Of a stretch of 64,000 nt of DNA, positions 1 to 8,695 are shown in pieces. The notes beneath the pieces were generated by a model. That model saw nothing but the letters and a program-made list of their open reading frames with translations. It had not been told where the DNA came from and ran no database searches. Source of the DNA: a virus. How positions within the stretch are numbered: position 1 is the stretch's first letter; the number at the start of each line of letters is the position of its first letter. A program made the position numbers and the translations under genes. Location of the stretch: IMG/VR virus record IMGVR_UViG_3300027763_000043, positions 28,974 through 92,973 of that record; one strand, given 5' to 3'.

Positions 1-1708
1 CAATTATAATTTGTTGACCTTTCCTATCTTGCGCCACTGAAGGAACATTTTGTCCTGGTGGAGTTGTTGGAGAAACTTTTGCTATTTGTGGTTTTTGGTT
101 ATTAAGAAATGCTATAGGATCTACCGTATTTTCAAATCCACCATCAACTTTTTTTCTAATTTCATAATGAATAACTCCCGTACCACTTTCCCCCACTGCA
201 ACTAAATCTCCGGGTTTAATTGTTTGACCCGGTTTAACCACTATTTTTGCAGCTTCAGCAATTCTTTCATATACACCAAGTTGCTGATTGTATATGTCTG
301 TCGCCCATCCATCGTCACCATATCTAAATTGTCCACCATATACAACTCCCCCAATTCTACTGTAAAACTTGGCATTTGGTCCACTAATATCAAAATCAAC
401 ACCAGCATGTTTTCTACCCGGTCTTGAAGCACCATAATGCTGTTTTCCAGGTAAAGTGTTTGTTGGGGGTAATGGTGGTAAAGAACTTTGAGATATTCCA
501 GATACTCCAGTTGGTTTTGTGGGAGAAGTTAAAGAAGATTGATAAACTGATTTTAAGTCTTGAGATCTTTTTGTTGGTTGTCCATAAGTATTTCCAGGAA
601 AAGATGCCCATTCTGGAGAAAGTTTTTTAATAACTGTTTCACTAAGACCTTCCCTTTTCAATACCTCAGAAGTTACACCTCTTGCAGCAGCGAGACGAAG
701 TGCCATCTCATCTTGAAAACTTTGATCAAATTTTCGATTCATATTCATTCCCAAAGATCGTGCCTTCGCTGTAATATCAATAATTTGATATGCACCAACA
801 GCAGCAGAACTACCACCACCAAACTTTGATTGCGGATCGTTTAAGAATTTAGTAACTAATTTTTCAACTTCATTGGCACTTAGTTTCGTCAAATCTCCAT
901 ATTTTGATTTTCCATATTTGTCTCCAAAAAACATACTATATCCAGTAGGTCCTGCAGTTCCTTCAGCAAATCTAATAGTTTTTAATAATGCTTGTTGTTC
1001 TTTAGTTCCATATCCAGACACATCACCACCACTAGTTGGTCCAGGTTGAGTATAATCAGTATTCAGTTCTGGAACTGATTCTTCTCCAGGACCTTCTCCA
1101 AGAGGTTTACTAAGCATATCGAATCCTTGCAGGAATTGATCACGCATTGTTTCAAGATTAACATTCAAATCGTCCATAGCACTTTGGACTCTTTTTGATT
1201 GATCAGTAAAATCAAATTGAGTAACATTCTGATATACACCAGAAAGAAGATTTCCAAAATTTTGAAATGTATATTTAATATTTGTCATAAAATCTGACAG
1301 TAATCCATATAAAGATTTAATTCTAGTAATCAAATCTTCAATTGCCGTCATAATTGTTGGCAAATTATAAAGTAACCAACCAATCAAAAGACTGGAGGAA
1401 AAATCCAATATTCTCTCAAGAAATCCCTTTGTACTATCACCAATAACTGATGCAGTTCTTCTCATTGCACCACCAATTCCAGACGCTTCGATTATACTTT
1501 CTTGATCTTTTCTTCGAATTGCTTCCTCTCTCATATTTGAAAGAACTTTATCTCTGGCAAAAGATTCTCTTTTTATTCGAGTTCTATTAAGAGTTACAGT
1601 TTTTATAGTATCTGAAGACTTTTTTAAATTTCCCAATCCAGCATTAAGGGAATTCATCCCCTTTGAAACATTAGTAATATTAATTCCCGGTGCTAATGTT
1701 GTTGCCAT
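1..1708 (-). CDS. Tail/baseplate-hub protein with lambda-type lysozyme domain and M23-like peptidase domain (3' end outside window)
   Basis: Not in the ORF track because it runs off the edge. Manual translation from ATG 1708 (MATTLAPG...) stays open in all segments read. Lysozyme motifs ALLKTIRFAEGT, SAAVGAYQII, FQDEMAL, LSPEWASFP; then RKHAGVDF, VKPGQTIKPGDLV, IHYEIR, VDPIAFL (M23). Confidence 0.8.
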   Translation of the reverse strand, partial: MATTLAPGINITNVSKGMNSLNAGLGNLKKSSDTIKTVTLNRTRIKRESFARDKVLSNMREEAIRRKDQESIIEASGIGGAMRRTASVIGDSTKGFLERILDFSSSLLIGWLLYNLPTIMTAIEDLITRIKSLYGLLSDFMTNIKYTFQNFGNLLSGVYQNVTQFDFTDQSKRVQSAMDDLNVNLETMRDQFLQGFDMLSKPLGEGPGEESVPELNTDYTQPGPTSGGDVSGYGTKEQQALLKTIRFAEGTAGPTGYSMFFGDKYGKSKYGDLTKLSANEVEKLVTKFLNDPQSKFGGGSSAAVGAYQIIDITAKARSLGMNMNRKFDQSFQDEMALRLAAARGVTSEVLKREGLSETVIKKLSPEWASFPGNTYGQPTKRSQDLKSVYQSSLTSPTKPTGVSGISQSSLPPLPPTNTLPGKQHYGASRPGRKHAGVDFDISGPNAKFYSRIGGVVYGGQFRYGDDGWATDIYNQQLGVYERIAEAAKIVVKPGQTIKPGDLVAVGESGTGVIHYEIRKKVDGGFENTVDPIAFLNNQKPQIAKVSPTTPPGQNVPSVAQDRKGQQIII

Positions 1709-1709
1709 A

Positions 1710-3503
1710 TTATAACACTACATTATAATTAATTTGTGAATATAATGTATAGAAATTATCAGTATTTGATGATGGAATAAAAGGAACATCACTAGCAGCA
1801 CCAGTACTCAGTGGTTGCTGTTGTTGTGGAGTAGAAGATCCGGAAGGAGCATAAACTACATTTGGTTTTGGTTCAGGTTCTGGTCCAATATTAAATGGAA
1901 CAGTTTGCATTTTTGTTGTTTGTGCTGGAGTTATTTCTGGTGTAGAAGGTTTTGAAGAAGTTTCTGCTGGAGTAGTTGTTGATGTAGTAGAAGGTTTGGA
2001 TGAAGTTTCTGCCGTTTTTGGCATCTCTTTAGAAGGAACTGGTGATGTCTGATTTACTGGATCAGGTAATTTCATTTCTTTCCAATCATATCCTTTTGAT
2101 GTTGCCCAATCTTTTGCTTGCTGCTTTTCTTCAGAACTCATTTTATTCCAAGCGCCTTCTATTCTTCCTCTTGCCAAAGGATTATTTTTATATTGCCATG
2201 CCTGTTCAAACTGTTTTACTTTTGCAGGATCTGGTGCTTTTGGAGTTTCTGGTACTTTTGGAGTTTCTAATGCTTTTTGGGTATCTGGTGTTTTTTGAGT
2301 TTCTGGGGCATTGATCTGCAAATTACTTGCAGGGGGTGTCATAGAAGTTGTTGGAGCAGGTTTAGCAGTTGCTGGTTTTGGTGGTTCATCTTTTTTAAGT
2401 GGAGATGATGTAAGTTTATTTTTTTTATTTTTTTGTGCTTCTTCTTTTGCAACCTTAGCAATTGCTTCTGCCTGTTTTTTCTTTTTTGGATCTTCCCCGA
2501 ATAAATTACTACCAAATGCTTCTGCTATTTCATCAGCAAGAAATCCCGCACCGGCAGCCAATTTCACAAATTTTCCTGGACCAAGAAGAGTTGCTATTGC
2601 TAAAAGGGCATCAACATTTTCACCATTGAAATAATTCATTAATCCAGAAATTACAGTTACACCTTTAGAAATAGTACCTCCTATTCCTCCTCCTACTTTT
2701 GGTCCTTTAGGTCCTGTACCTTTAGGTGGTGTTGGAGTTCTACCAGGTAAAGCACCCCCCAATCCACGCATGACTGCCTGAAATGGTTTAATAATTAATC
2801 CACCAACTAAAAATTTTCCAATCTTTCCGACAAGTCCAGTAATAGTACTAATAACTTTAACTATACCAACATTGATAATAGTAAATACACCACCCGCAAT
2901 TAGTAGAGTTTTAATTACAGAATCTTTAATTTCATTTAGTTTCTTCGTATTGCCATCTTGAAGTGCCTTTAAGACATTAATTCCTTGAGTGGTTAACCAT
3001 CCACCAAGAAGTGTCATTACAAAACTCATCAAATTATTGAAACCAAATGATACCTTATCACCAATACGCTTTACTGGTTCTGATAAGGCACTCTGAATTT
3101 TAGTTTCTAATAAACCTTCTTGTCCTCCTCGTGCTCCAGATTCTGCTAATCTCTTTTGCTTCTCTTGTTCATAGAGATCCTTCTGCTTTTCTAATGCACT
3201 TTCACTTGCAGTGATTGTTGCAACCGATTGTAACGTATCACTAATTCCATTCAATTGAAGTCTAACACTATCTACTTGCGCCTGAAAACTTCCAATCTGA
3301 GTTAGATTAGAAAGTATTTGTGCATTAGTTTGTGATAATTGGTTTACTTGTTTCTGCAGGGATGCTACTGCAGAAGTATTTGCGTTTATTGCAGATTCCG
3401 TTTGTGGATCAACTTTATTTCCACCACCAAAAATACTTCCCGATACGGTACTCTGATTAATACCTGCAAGAGAATTAGAAAGTGGCGATGCTATAACAGC
3501 CAT
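1710..3503 (-). CDS. Tape-measure/baseplate-hub-like virion protein (coiled coil, hydrophobic helices, Pro/Thr-rich linker)
   Basis: 597-aa ORF downstream of gp26/gp51; composition as described. Confidence 0.55.
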   Translation of the reverse strand: MAVIASPLSNSLAGINQSTVSGSIFGGGNKVDPQTESAINANTSAVASLQKQVNQLSQTNAQILSNLTQIGSFQAQVDSVRLQLNGISDTLQSVATITASESALEKQKDLYEQEKQKRLAESGARGGQEGLLETKIQSALSEPVKRIGDKVSFGFNNLMSFVMTLLGGWLTTQGINVLKALQDGNTKKLNEIKDSVIKTLLIAGGVFTIINVGIVKVISTITGLVGKIGKFLVGGLIIKPFQAVMRGLGGALPGRTPTPPKGTGPKGPKVGGGIGGTISKGVTVISGLMNYFNGENVDALLAIATLLGPGKFVKLAAGAGFLADEIAEAFGSNLFGEDPKKKKQAEAIAKVAKEEAQKNKKNKLTSSPLKKDEPPKPATAKPAPTTSMTPPASNLQINAPETQKTPDTQKALETPKVPETPKAPDPAKVKQFEQAWQYKNNPLARGRIEGAWNKMSSEEKQQAKDWATSKGYDWKEMKLPDPVNQTSPVPSKEMPKTAETSSKPSTTSTTTPAETSSKPSTPEITPAQTTKMQTVPFNIGPEPEPKPNVVYAPSGSSTPQQQQPLSTGAASDVPFIPSSNTDNFYTLYSQINYNVVL

Positions 3504-3542
3504 TAGGATTGTTGATTCTTGAGATTTTCTTCTTCAGTCAAG
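3503..3542 (-). pseudogene. Orphaned duplicate 3' end of the gp51-like gene (EEENLKNQQS*)
   Basis: Encodes the same peptide as 4280-4316 with synonymous differences; its TAA overlaps the next ATG (TAATG). Confidence 0.75.
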
Positions 3543-3544
3543 AA

Positions 3545-3562
3545 TATTTATGTTCATAAATA
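3545..3562. promoter_or_regulatory. Back-to-back T4-type late promoters (CATAAATA on each strand)
   Basis: tatttatg-tt-cataaata inverted repeat between divergent genes. Confidence 0.55.
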
Positions 3563-3570
3563 GAAATACC

Positions 3571-3641
3571 TGTTGAACCGCATTCGCAGGGGGGGAGTGA
3601 AAATCTCCCCTTTTTAATATAAATAATATTGCGGTTCAATA
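3571..3641 (+). promoter_or_regulatory. Structured leader of the homing endonuclease gene with an internal late promoter TATAAATA (3618-3625)
   Basis: ttgaaccgca/tgcggttcaa inverted repeat enclosing a ggggag...ctcccc-U5 hairpin and the promoter. Confidence 0.6.
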
Positions 3642-3649
3642 GAGTAGAA

Positions 3650-4264
3650 ATGTATTATACTTACGCATATTTGCGGGAAGATAGAACTCCCTACTACATA
3701 GGTAAAGGAAAAGATAATAGGGCATATGAAAAAAGAAGGAAAGGTATAAAACCACCAAATGATAAATTAAGAATAATACTATTAAAACAAAATCTTACTG
3801 AAGAAGAAGCATTTAGACACGAAATCTATATGATTTCTGTGTTTGGTAGAAAAGATTTGGGAACAGGTATTTTACACAATATGACTGATGGTGGAGATGG
3901 ATGTAGTGGTGCTATTCGTTCATTAGAATTCAAGGAAAATTTAAGAAATTTAAATAAAAATAAAGTTCTTTCAGAAGAACACAAAAGAAAAATAGGTGAT
4001 GCACAAAAGGGAGACAAAAATCATAATTATGGTAAGTCCTCCTCACCAGAAACTAGAGAAAAGATGAGTAAATCAAGAAGAGGTGAAAAGCACCATTCAT
4101 CTAACTGGTGGAAACTTACCTACACAACTGGAAATACAATTACGATATGTGGATTATCCATTTGGGCAAAGGAAAACGGTTATAATGTTGGTAATATTCA
4201 TAGTATTTACATGGGAAATAGAAAAAAACATAAAGATATCATAAAAGTTGAAAAATTAAAATAA
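3650..4264 (+). CDS. Free-standing GIY-YIG-type homing endonuclease with NUMOD3-like repeats
   Basis: YTYAY...PYYIGKG...R...EEEAF...E...N motif; LSEEHKRKIG..KG..NHNYGK and SPETREKMS repeats. Opposite strand to its neighbours. ATG 3650 preferred over TTG 3629. Confidence 0.85.
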   Translation: MYYTYAYLREDRTPYYIGKGKDNRAYEKRRKGIKPPNDKLRIILLKQNLTEEEAFRHEIYMISVFGRKDLGTGILHNMTDGGDGCSGAIRSLEFKENLRNLNKNKVLSEEHKRKIGDAQKGDKNHNYGKSSSPETREKMSKSRRGEKHHSSNWWKLTYTTGNTITICGLSIWAKENGYNVGNIHSIYMGNRKKHKDIIKVEKLK

Positions 4265-4279
4265 AACGGAGATAATATT

Positions 4280-4453
4280 TTAACTTGACTGCTGATTTTT
4301 AAGATTTTCTTCTTCAATGTACTGTTGCAATAATGTAATATAAACTTCCTTTTCCCAAGGAATCATATCATTAATTTCTGTTAATGACCATTTATGGTGT
4401 TGCATCAAGGAAAAATTAGTTCTAAAGTATGACGCAAGATCATTGTGCGCCAT
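4280..4453 (-). CDS. gp51: gp51-like baseplate hub assembly catalyst (57 aa)
   Basis: Manual translation MAHNDLASYFRTNFSLMQHHKWSLTEINDMIPWEKEVYITLLQQYIEEENLKNQQSS; below the ORF-track cutoff; directly follows gp26. Confidence 0.8.
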   Translation of the reverse strand: MAHNDLASYFRTNFSLMQHHKWSLTEINDMIPWEKEVYITLLQQYIEEENLKNQQSS

Positions 4454-4455
4454 AC

Positions 4456-5175
4456 TTACACGAAAAAAGATGGAAGTCCCTCCAATACGACTTCACTTTC
4501 GACACCAGTATTAGGATTTTTAATTTGAATAAGATGAGAAAGTTTTGGCATCGTTTCAAAAAACTTCTCAATTTCCTTAAATTGCTTGGAACTTAATTGC
4601 TCAACAAATTCGGAAAGTTCTTTTTTAGAGCATTCACTTCCAACCCATGACTCTTCTTCAGAATACACTTGGTCAATACAAGCACAAATCAAGTCAAAAG
4701 ATTCATTAACACCAATTCCCTCTCCACTATTAAAATTGTTCTTAATGAATTCTGCCATAGAAGGATATTTCATTCTCATAGTCAAAGTATCATCCAACTT
4801 AATATCTCTCGAATGTCCTTCCTGATCTTGTACCATAATCTCATCCAAATTAATGCTGACAGGAACTTTTGTCACACCATCATCTGGACAAGTAATTAGT
4901 ACATCAACAGTCTCACCAACTGACTTGCCACGAATATTAAGGAACAAATATTCAATGTCAAATGTGGCAAGATCATCAATCTTAATTCCTTTACTTAAAA
5001 TACAGTTAGAAATTACTGTCTTAACTGCATTTGCAATTTGCTTACTATCCTCACTCTCCATTGCAATGATGAGGATCTTTTCTTCTTTAACTAAAAATGG
5101 CCTATATCTAATCTTTTTCTTTAATGATGGAATTTCCAACTCATAAATTGGAGTCGCAATCTTTGGTAAAGGCAT
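4456..5175 (-). CDS. gp26: Baseplate hub subunit / assembly chaperone
   Basis: MPLPKI..P.YEL, YRPFLVKEEKIL, FDIEYLFLNIRGKSVGE, FFETMPKL motifs. Confidence 0.9.
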   Translation of the reverse strand: MPLPKIATPIYELEIPSLKKKIRYRPFLVKEEKILIIAMESEDSKQIANAVKTVISNCILSKGIKIDDLATFDIEYLFLNIRGKSVGETVDVLITCPDDGVTKVPVSINLDEIMVQDQEGHSRDIKLDDTLTMRMKYPSMAEFIKNNFNSGEGIGVNESFDLICACIDQVYSEEESWVGSECSKKELSEFVEQLSSKQFKEIEKFFETMPKLSHLIQIKNPNTGVESEVVLEGLPSFFV

Positions 5176-5204
5176 AATAACCTATAGAATTCAGGTGCTT
5201 TTAT

Positions 5205-6095
5205 TTATGTTACAGTAAACCATCCACTAACGTTTTTAGATGTTGATGAATTGGAACGATTAGATGAACTTCTACCAGCATTGGCAGTATTGATGTCATT
5301 AACATTATTAATAGGTCCACCAATTCCTCTAGGTCTTGGATCATCCAATCTTCCAGTACCCTGATTAAGATTTCTCCACATTAATTCATCTCTTCCAGTT
5401 GCAAGTCTACCATTATTATTGGATGCATCTGCATAATTCGATGCTGTTATATTTTGAGGTTTCTTATTATTATCTCTTAGGTAACTTACATCCAAACTTC
5501 TAATAGAACCGCAAACATATCTTTCATAACTAAATGATGCGGTTACGGTCAATACTTGAGAATCATTGTATGCTATCGTTGGAGAATACATTGATGTTGG
5601 AAATAATCCGACAAAATTATATTCAATCTCATTATTATAATCACGGTCAAACTTCAAAATTCTAGTTGCATCTGTCTTATAATCTGCAGGATACTTCATC
5701 CTGAAAAAATATCCCTTATCGATAGAAATTGATCTAGATCCGCTAGCAATAAATTCTATCCAATGTTCTAAAAATTTAATCATTTTATATTCTTTATCAA
5801 CATAAAATGTTAAATCAATTGGAGTAAATATTCTAGTATGAGCCATCTTCTCAGTGACACCCGTAACATCACCAACAATATCAGCAGTTCCAAGAGAACT
5901 ACCTGGCAATGATGCAGAAGAGCACAACAATCCAGCATCTTCAACAACAAATCTCCAATCAACACCTCTCAAAGATAAGTGAGTTTGAAGAGGGGGTTGC
6001 AATCCCCCAAAAATTACTTGATAATGACTGGTTTGTGCCAGATTACCAAAAAGTGGTTTAATTTCTGATATTCTGCGAGGACGTGCTATGGACAC
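5205..6095 (-). CDS. Tail-tube-like protein (gp19/gp54 family)
   Basis: LLCSSASLPG, LTFYVD, FLEHW, LFP, VTASFSYE pattern typical of tube/initiator folds. Confidence 0.7.
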   Translation of the reverse strand: MSIARPRRISEIKPLFGNLAQTSHYQVIFGGLQPPLQTHLSLRGVDWRFVVEDAGLLCSSASLPGSSLGTADIVGDVTGVTEKMAHTRIFTPIDLTFYVDKEYKMIKFLEHWIEFIASGSRSISIDKGYFFRMKYPADYKTDATRILKFDRDYNNEIEYNFVGLFPTSMYSPTIAYNDSQVLTVTASFSYERYVCGSIRSLDVSYLRDNNKKPQNITASNYADASNNNGRLATGRDELMWRNLNQGTGRLDDPRPRGIGGPINNVNDINTANAGRSSSNRSNSSTSKNVSGWFTVT

Positions 6096-6129
6096 TCTAA
6101 ATACTGTTAAGGTCTTATGTACTGTATGT

Positions 6130-6567
6130 ATGTCATATAAGGGAAAATATCAACCAACTAATCCCCAGAAGTACCGAGGAGATCATAGTAACATTATTTA
6201 TAGGTCTTTGTGGGAACGCAAGTTTATGAAGTATTGTGATCTTAATGAAAATATTCTTGAATGGGGAAGTGAAGAAATTGCATTGCCATATAGATCTCCC
6301 ATCGATAATAAGATTCATAGATATTTTCCAGATTTTTATATTAAAGTAAGGGAAAGTAGTGGTGAAATTAAAAAATGTATCATAGAAATTAAACCCAAAA
6401 AACAAACAGTAGAACCAATTCCACAAAAAAGAAAGACAAAAGGATATATTTACGAAGTGGTTGAGTATGCAAAGAATCAGGCAAAGTGGAAGGTAGCAAA
6501 AGAATGGTGTGCTGATAGAGGATATGAGTTTAAAATTCTCACAGAAGATCACTTAGGTATCAAATAA
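6130..6567 (+). CDS. gp4: Head completion nuclease
   Basis: MSYKGKY.P.NP.KY.GD, YRSLWERKFM, WGSEE, HRYFPDF, IEIKP, NQAKW. Start reassigned to ATG 6130. Confidence 0.9.
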   Translation: MSYKGKYQPTNPQKYRGDHSNIIYRSLWERKFMKYCDLNENILEWGSEEIALPYRSPIDNKIHRYFPDFYIKVRESSGEIKKCIIEIKPKKQTVEPIPQKRKTKGYIYEVVEYAKNQAKWKVAKEWCADRGYEFKILTEDHLGIK

Positions 6568-7121
6568 TGGCACTCACAGGATACGAAAAATCATTAGAAC
6601 AATATACTAAAAATGAATTAGTTGATATTGCAAAAGAATATACCATATATTATAAGACAGATTCTGGGCAAGGATCTACTGGAAATTATGACAAATTAAC
6701 AAAAGAAAAATTAATCTCGATCATAAAATCTGATAGAGATTATCAAAACTCTGCTCCGCCAACTAAAAAATTAAGCAGAGTTGAAATGATGATGCAAAGA
6801 ATTTCGCAAGGAATTGATACCGCAGATGAAATTATGGCAGTTATTCGGGAAGTTTTTGATGATACTGAAAAATATCCAAGACCAGGAAATATATACACAT
6901 TTGTTTATACAGCAAAAACACCAGGAATTCGATATGATCAACATCCATTATTAATGGTTGAATCAATTAGTTTATCAGGATTCAAAGGATATAATGTTCA
7001 TTGGCCCGATCATAGAAATTATGTTTGGGAAGGAGTTGAAAGTTCATTTCATAGAGTTCAAAGAGGTGAAGAATTTGATTATCTTCATGATGTACCATAT
7101 ATGAAAAAGATGTCAACATAG
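6567..7121 (+). CDS. gp2: DNA end protector-like protein with N-terminal Rho-N-like extension
   Basis: PGNIYTFVY.AKTP...YDQHPL...GF.G.N.HW motif; position after gp4. Confidence 0.6.
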   Translation: MALTGYEKSLEQYTKNELVDIAKEYTIYYKTDSGQGSTGNYDKLTKEKLISIIKSDRDYQNSAPPTKKLSRVEMMMQRISQGIDTADEIMAVIREVFDDTEKYPRPGNIYTFVYTAKTPGIRYDQHPLLMVESISLSGFKGYNVHWPDHRNYVWEGVESSFHRVQRGEEFDYLHDVPYMKKMST

Positions 7122-7143
7122 TCTAAATAGTTAGAAAATCTAA

Positions 7144-8019
7144 ATGGCGGAAACTCTCAGATATCCACTAAAAAAAATAAATGCTTCGGATGATTATCTG
7201 CAGATTCTTGTCGTCAAGTATGCCCCTCCAGGTGTAAGTACAAATCCATCAAATCTTATTCAAAGAACTTCCACTGAGGCATTAGGTCCAAGTTTGAATT
7301 TAAAGAATTCATTGTATCAGATTCTTCTTCCCATGCCACAAGGAATTAGTGATAGTAATATGGTTGATTGGGGTGATGATAGTTTAAATCCATTAGCTGC
7401 GGGACTAGTTGGTGGGGCACAGCAGGCTATAGCAGGAGATCCTGAAAAAGGATTTAAAGATATTACATCAGCAATAAAAAATGTTGCCACAAGCGGAAAT
7501 GGACAAGATTTAGTTACCAGTTATTTTGCAGCAAAGGCAGCCAATTCCCTTAATGCGAATGTAAGTGCAGAAGGTCTTCTTTCCAGATCAGAAGGTAAAG
7601 TTCTTAATCCAAATATGGAACTCCTATTCAAAGGAGTTACGTTGAGATCATTTAATTTTTCATTTAATCTTGCACCAAGAGATGAAACAGAAGCAGGATC
7701 TGTTAAGAATATTATAAGAGCATTTAAAAAATCAATGGCCGCCAGAACCTCAAGTGGTGCTGGTGCTGGATTGTTTATTGATTCTCCAAATGTATTTCAA
7801 CTAGAATATAAAAGTGGGAATAAAAAACATCCATTCTTACATTCATTTAAACCATGTGCATTGACAAATATGGCAGTTGACTATACTGCATCTGGTGCTT
7901 ATGCAACTTATGAAGATGCAACACCTGTTCATATGAAACTTACACTATCATTTCAAGAATTGAATCCAGTTTACTTTAGTGATTATGATGATTCGAATGA
8001 TATTGGAGTAGGATACTAA
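7144..8019 (+). CDS. gp48: Baseplate tail tube cap
   Basis: LRYP, ILLPMP, NPNMELLFKGVTLRSFNF, FKPCALT..VDY, LSFQEL.P motifs. Confidence 0.85.
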   Translation: MAETLRYPLKKINASDDYLQILVVKYAPPGVSTNPSNLIQRTSTEALGPSLNLKNSLYQILLPMPQGISDSNMVDWGDDSLNPLAAGLVGGAQQAIAGDPEKGFKDITSAIKNVATSGNGQDLVTSYFAAKAANSLNANVSAEGLLSRSEGKVLNPNMELLFKGVTLRSFNFSFNLAPRDETEAGSVKNIIRAFKKSMAARTSSGAGAGLFIDSPNVFQLEYKSGNKKHPFLHSFKPCALTNMAVDYTASGAYATYEDATPVHMKLTLSFQELNPVYFSDYDDSNDIGVGY

Positions 8020-8666
8020 TGGGATACTTTAGAGAACTACCAGACTTAGAATATCAATCACCTTTTTCAGACAGAAATTCTTCTGATTCATATGTTCGTG
8101 CTAAGAATTTATTTCGTAGAATCAAACTTCGTGATGACTTACAAAATGTTTTTACACTCTTTAACAAGTACCAAATTCCTGATGGTGCTCGTCCAGACAC
8201 TGTTGCAGAAGAATTTTATGGTAGAGCAGATTTAGATTGGGTTGTGATTCTAACTGCAGGAATTGTAAACGTAAGAAACGAATGGCCGCTATCCGACAGA
8301 GATGTTTATGATTATACCGAAGACATTTATGGAGAAAACTTAAACTCAATTCACCATTATGAGACTAGAGAAGTTAAAGATTCACAAGGTCGTTTGATTC
8401 TTCCTGCTGGTAATGTTGTCGATTCAAATTTTACAATTCAAAATCCTAATGATTATAGAGCAACATTAAATCCTGTTGTTGGTATCAGTAATTATGAATA
8501 CGAAGTTCTTAAAAATAATAAGAAAAGATCAATTTATATTTTAAAGAAAGGTTATCTTCAACAATATCTAAACGATATGAGAAGAATTATGTATTATGAT
8601 AAGTCTTCACAATATGTTGACAAGACTCTAATTCGTACCGAGAACACTAGAGTCACAATGCCATAA
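8019..8666 (+). CDS. gp53: Baseplate wedge subunit
   Basis: YFRELP, KNLFRR, GARPD.VA..FYG..DWVV, WPL, IHHYET, SNYEYE motifs. Confidence 0.9.
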   Translation: MGYFRELPDLEYQSPFSDRNSSDSYVRAKNLFRRIKLRDDLQNVFTLFNKYQIPDGARPDTVAEEFYGRADLDWVVILTAGIVNVRNEWPLSDRDVYDYTEDIYGENLNSIHHYETREVKDSQGRLILPAGNVVDSNFTIQNPNDYRATLNPVVGISNYEYEVLKNNKKRSIYILKKGYLQQYLNDMRRIMYYDKSSQYVDKTLIRTENTRVTMP

Positions 8667-8688
8667 AAAAGGGGAGGTTTCCCTCCCC
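8665..8688 (-). terminator. Intrinsic terminator after gp32 (convergent with gp53)
   Basis: ggggagg/cctcccc hairpin followed by U6 on the minus strand. Confidence 0.75.
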
Positions 8689-8695
8689 GCTCTTA

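Noticed and set aside
224-829. Several short ORFs at the window start
   Set aside because: All overlap the long minus-strand lysozyme/M23 frame that runs off the edge.
6130-8666. Plus-strand block gp4-gp2-gp48-gp53 as a recent inversion
   Set aside because: This opposite orientation is the usual arrangement in T4-like cyanophages; no flanking inverted repeats seen.
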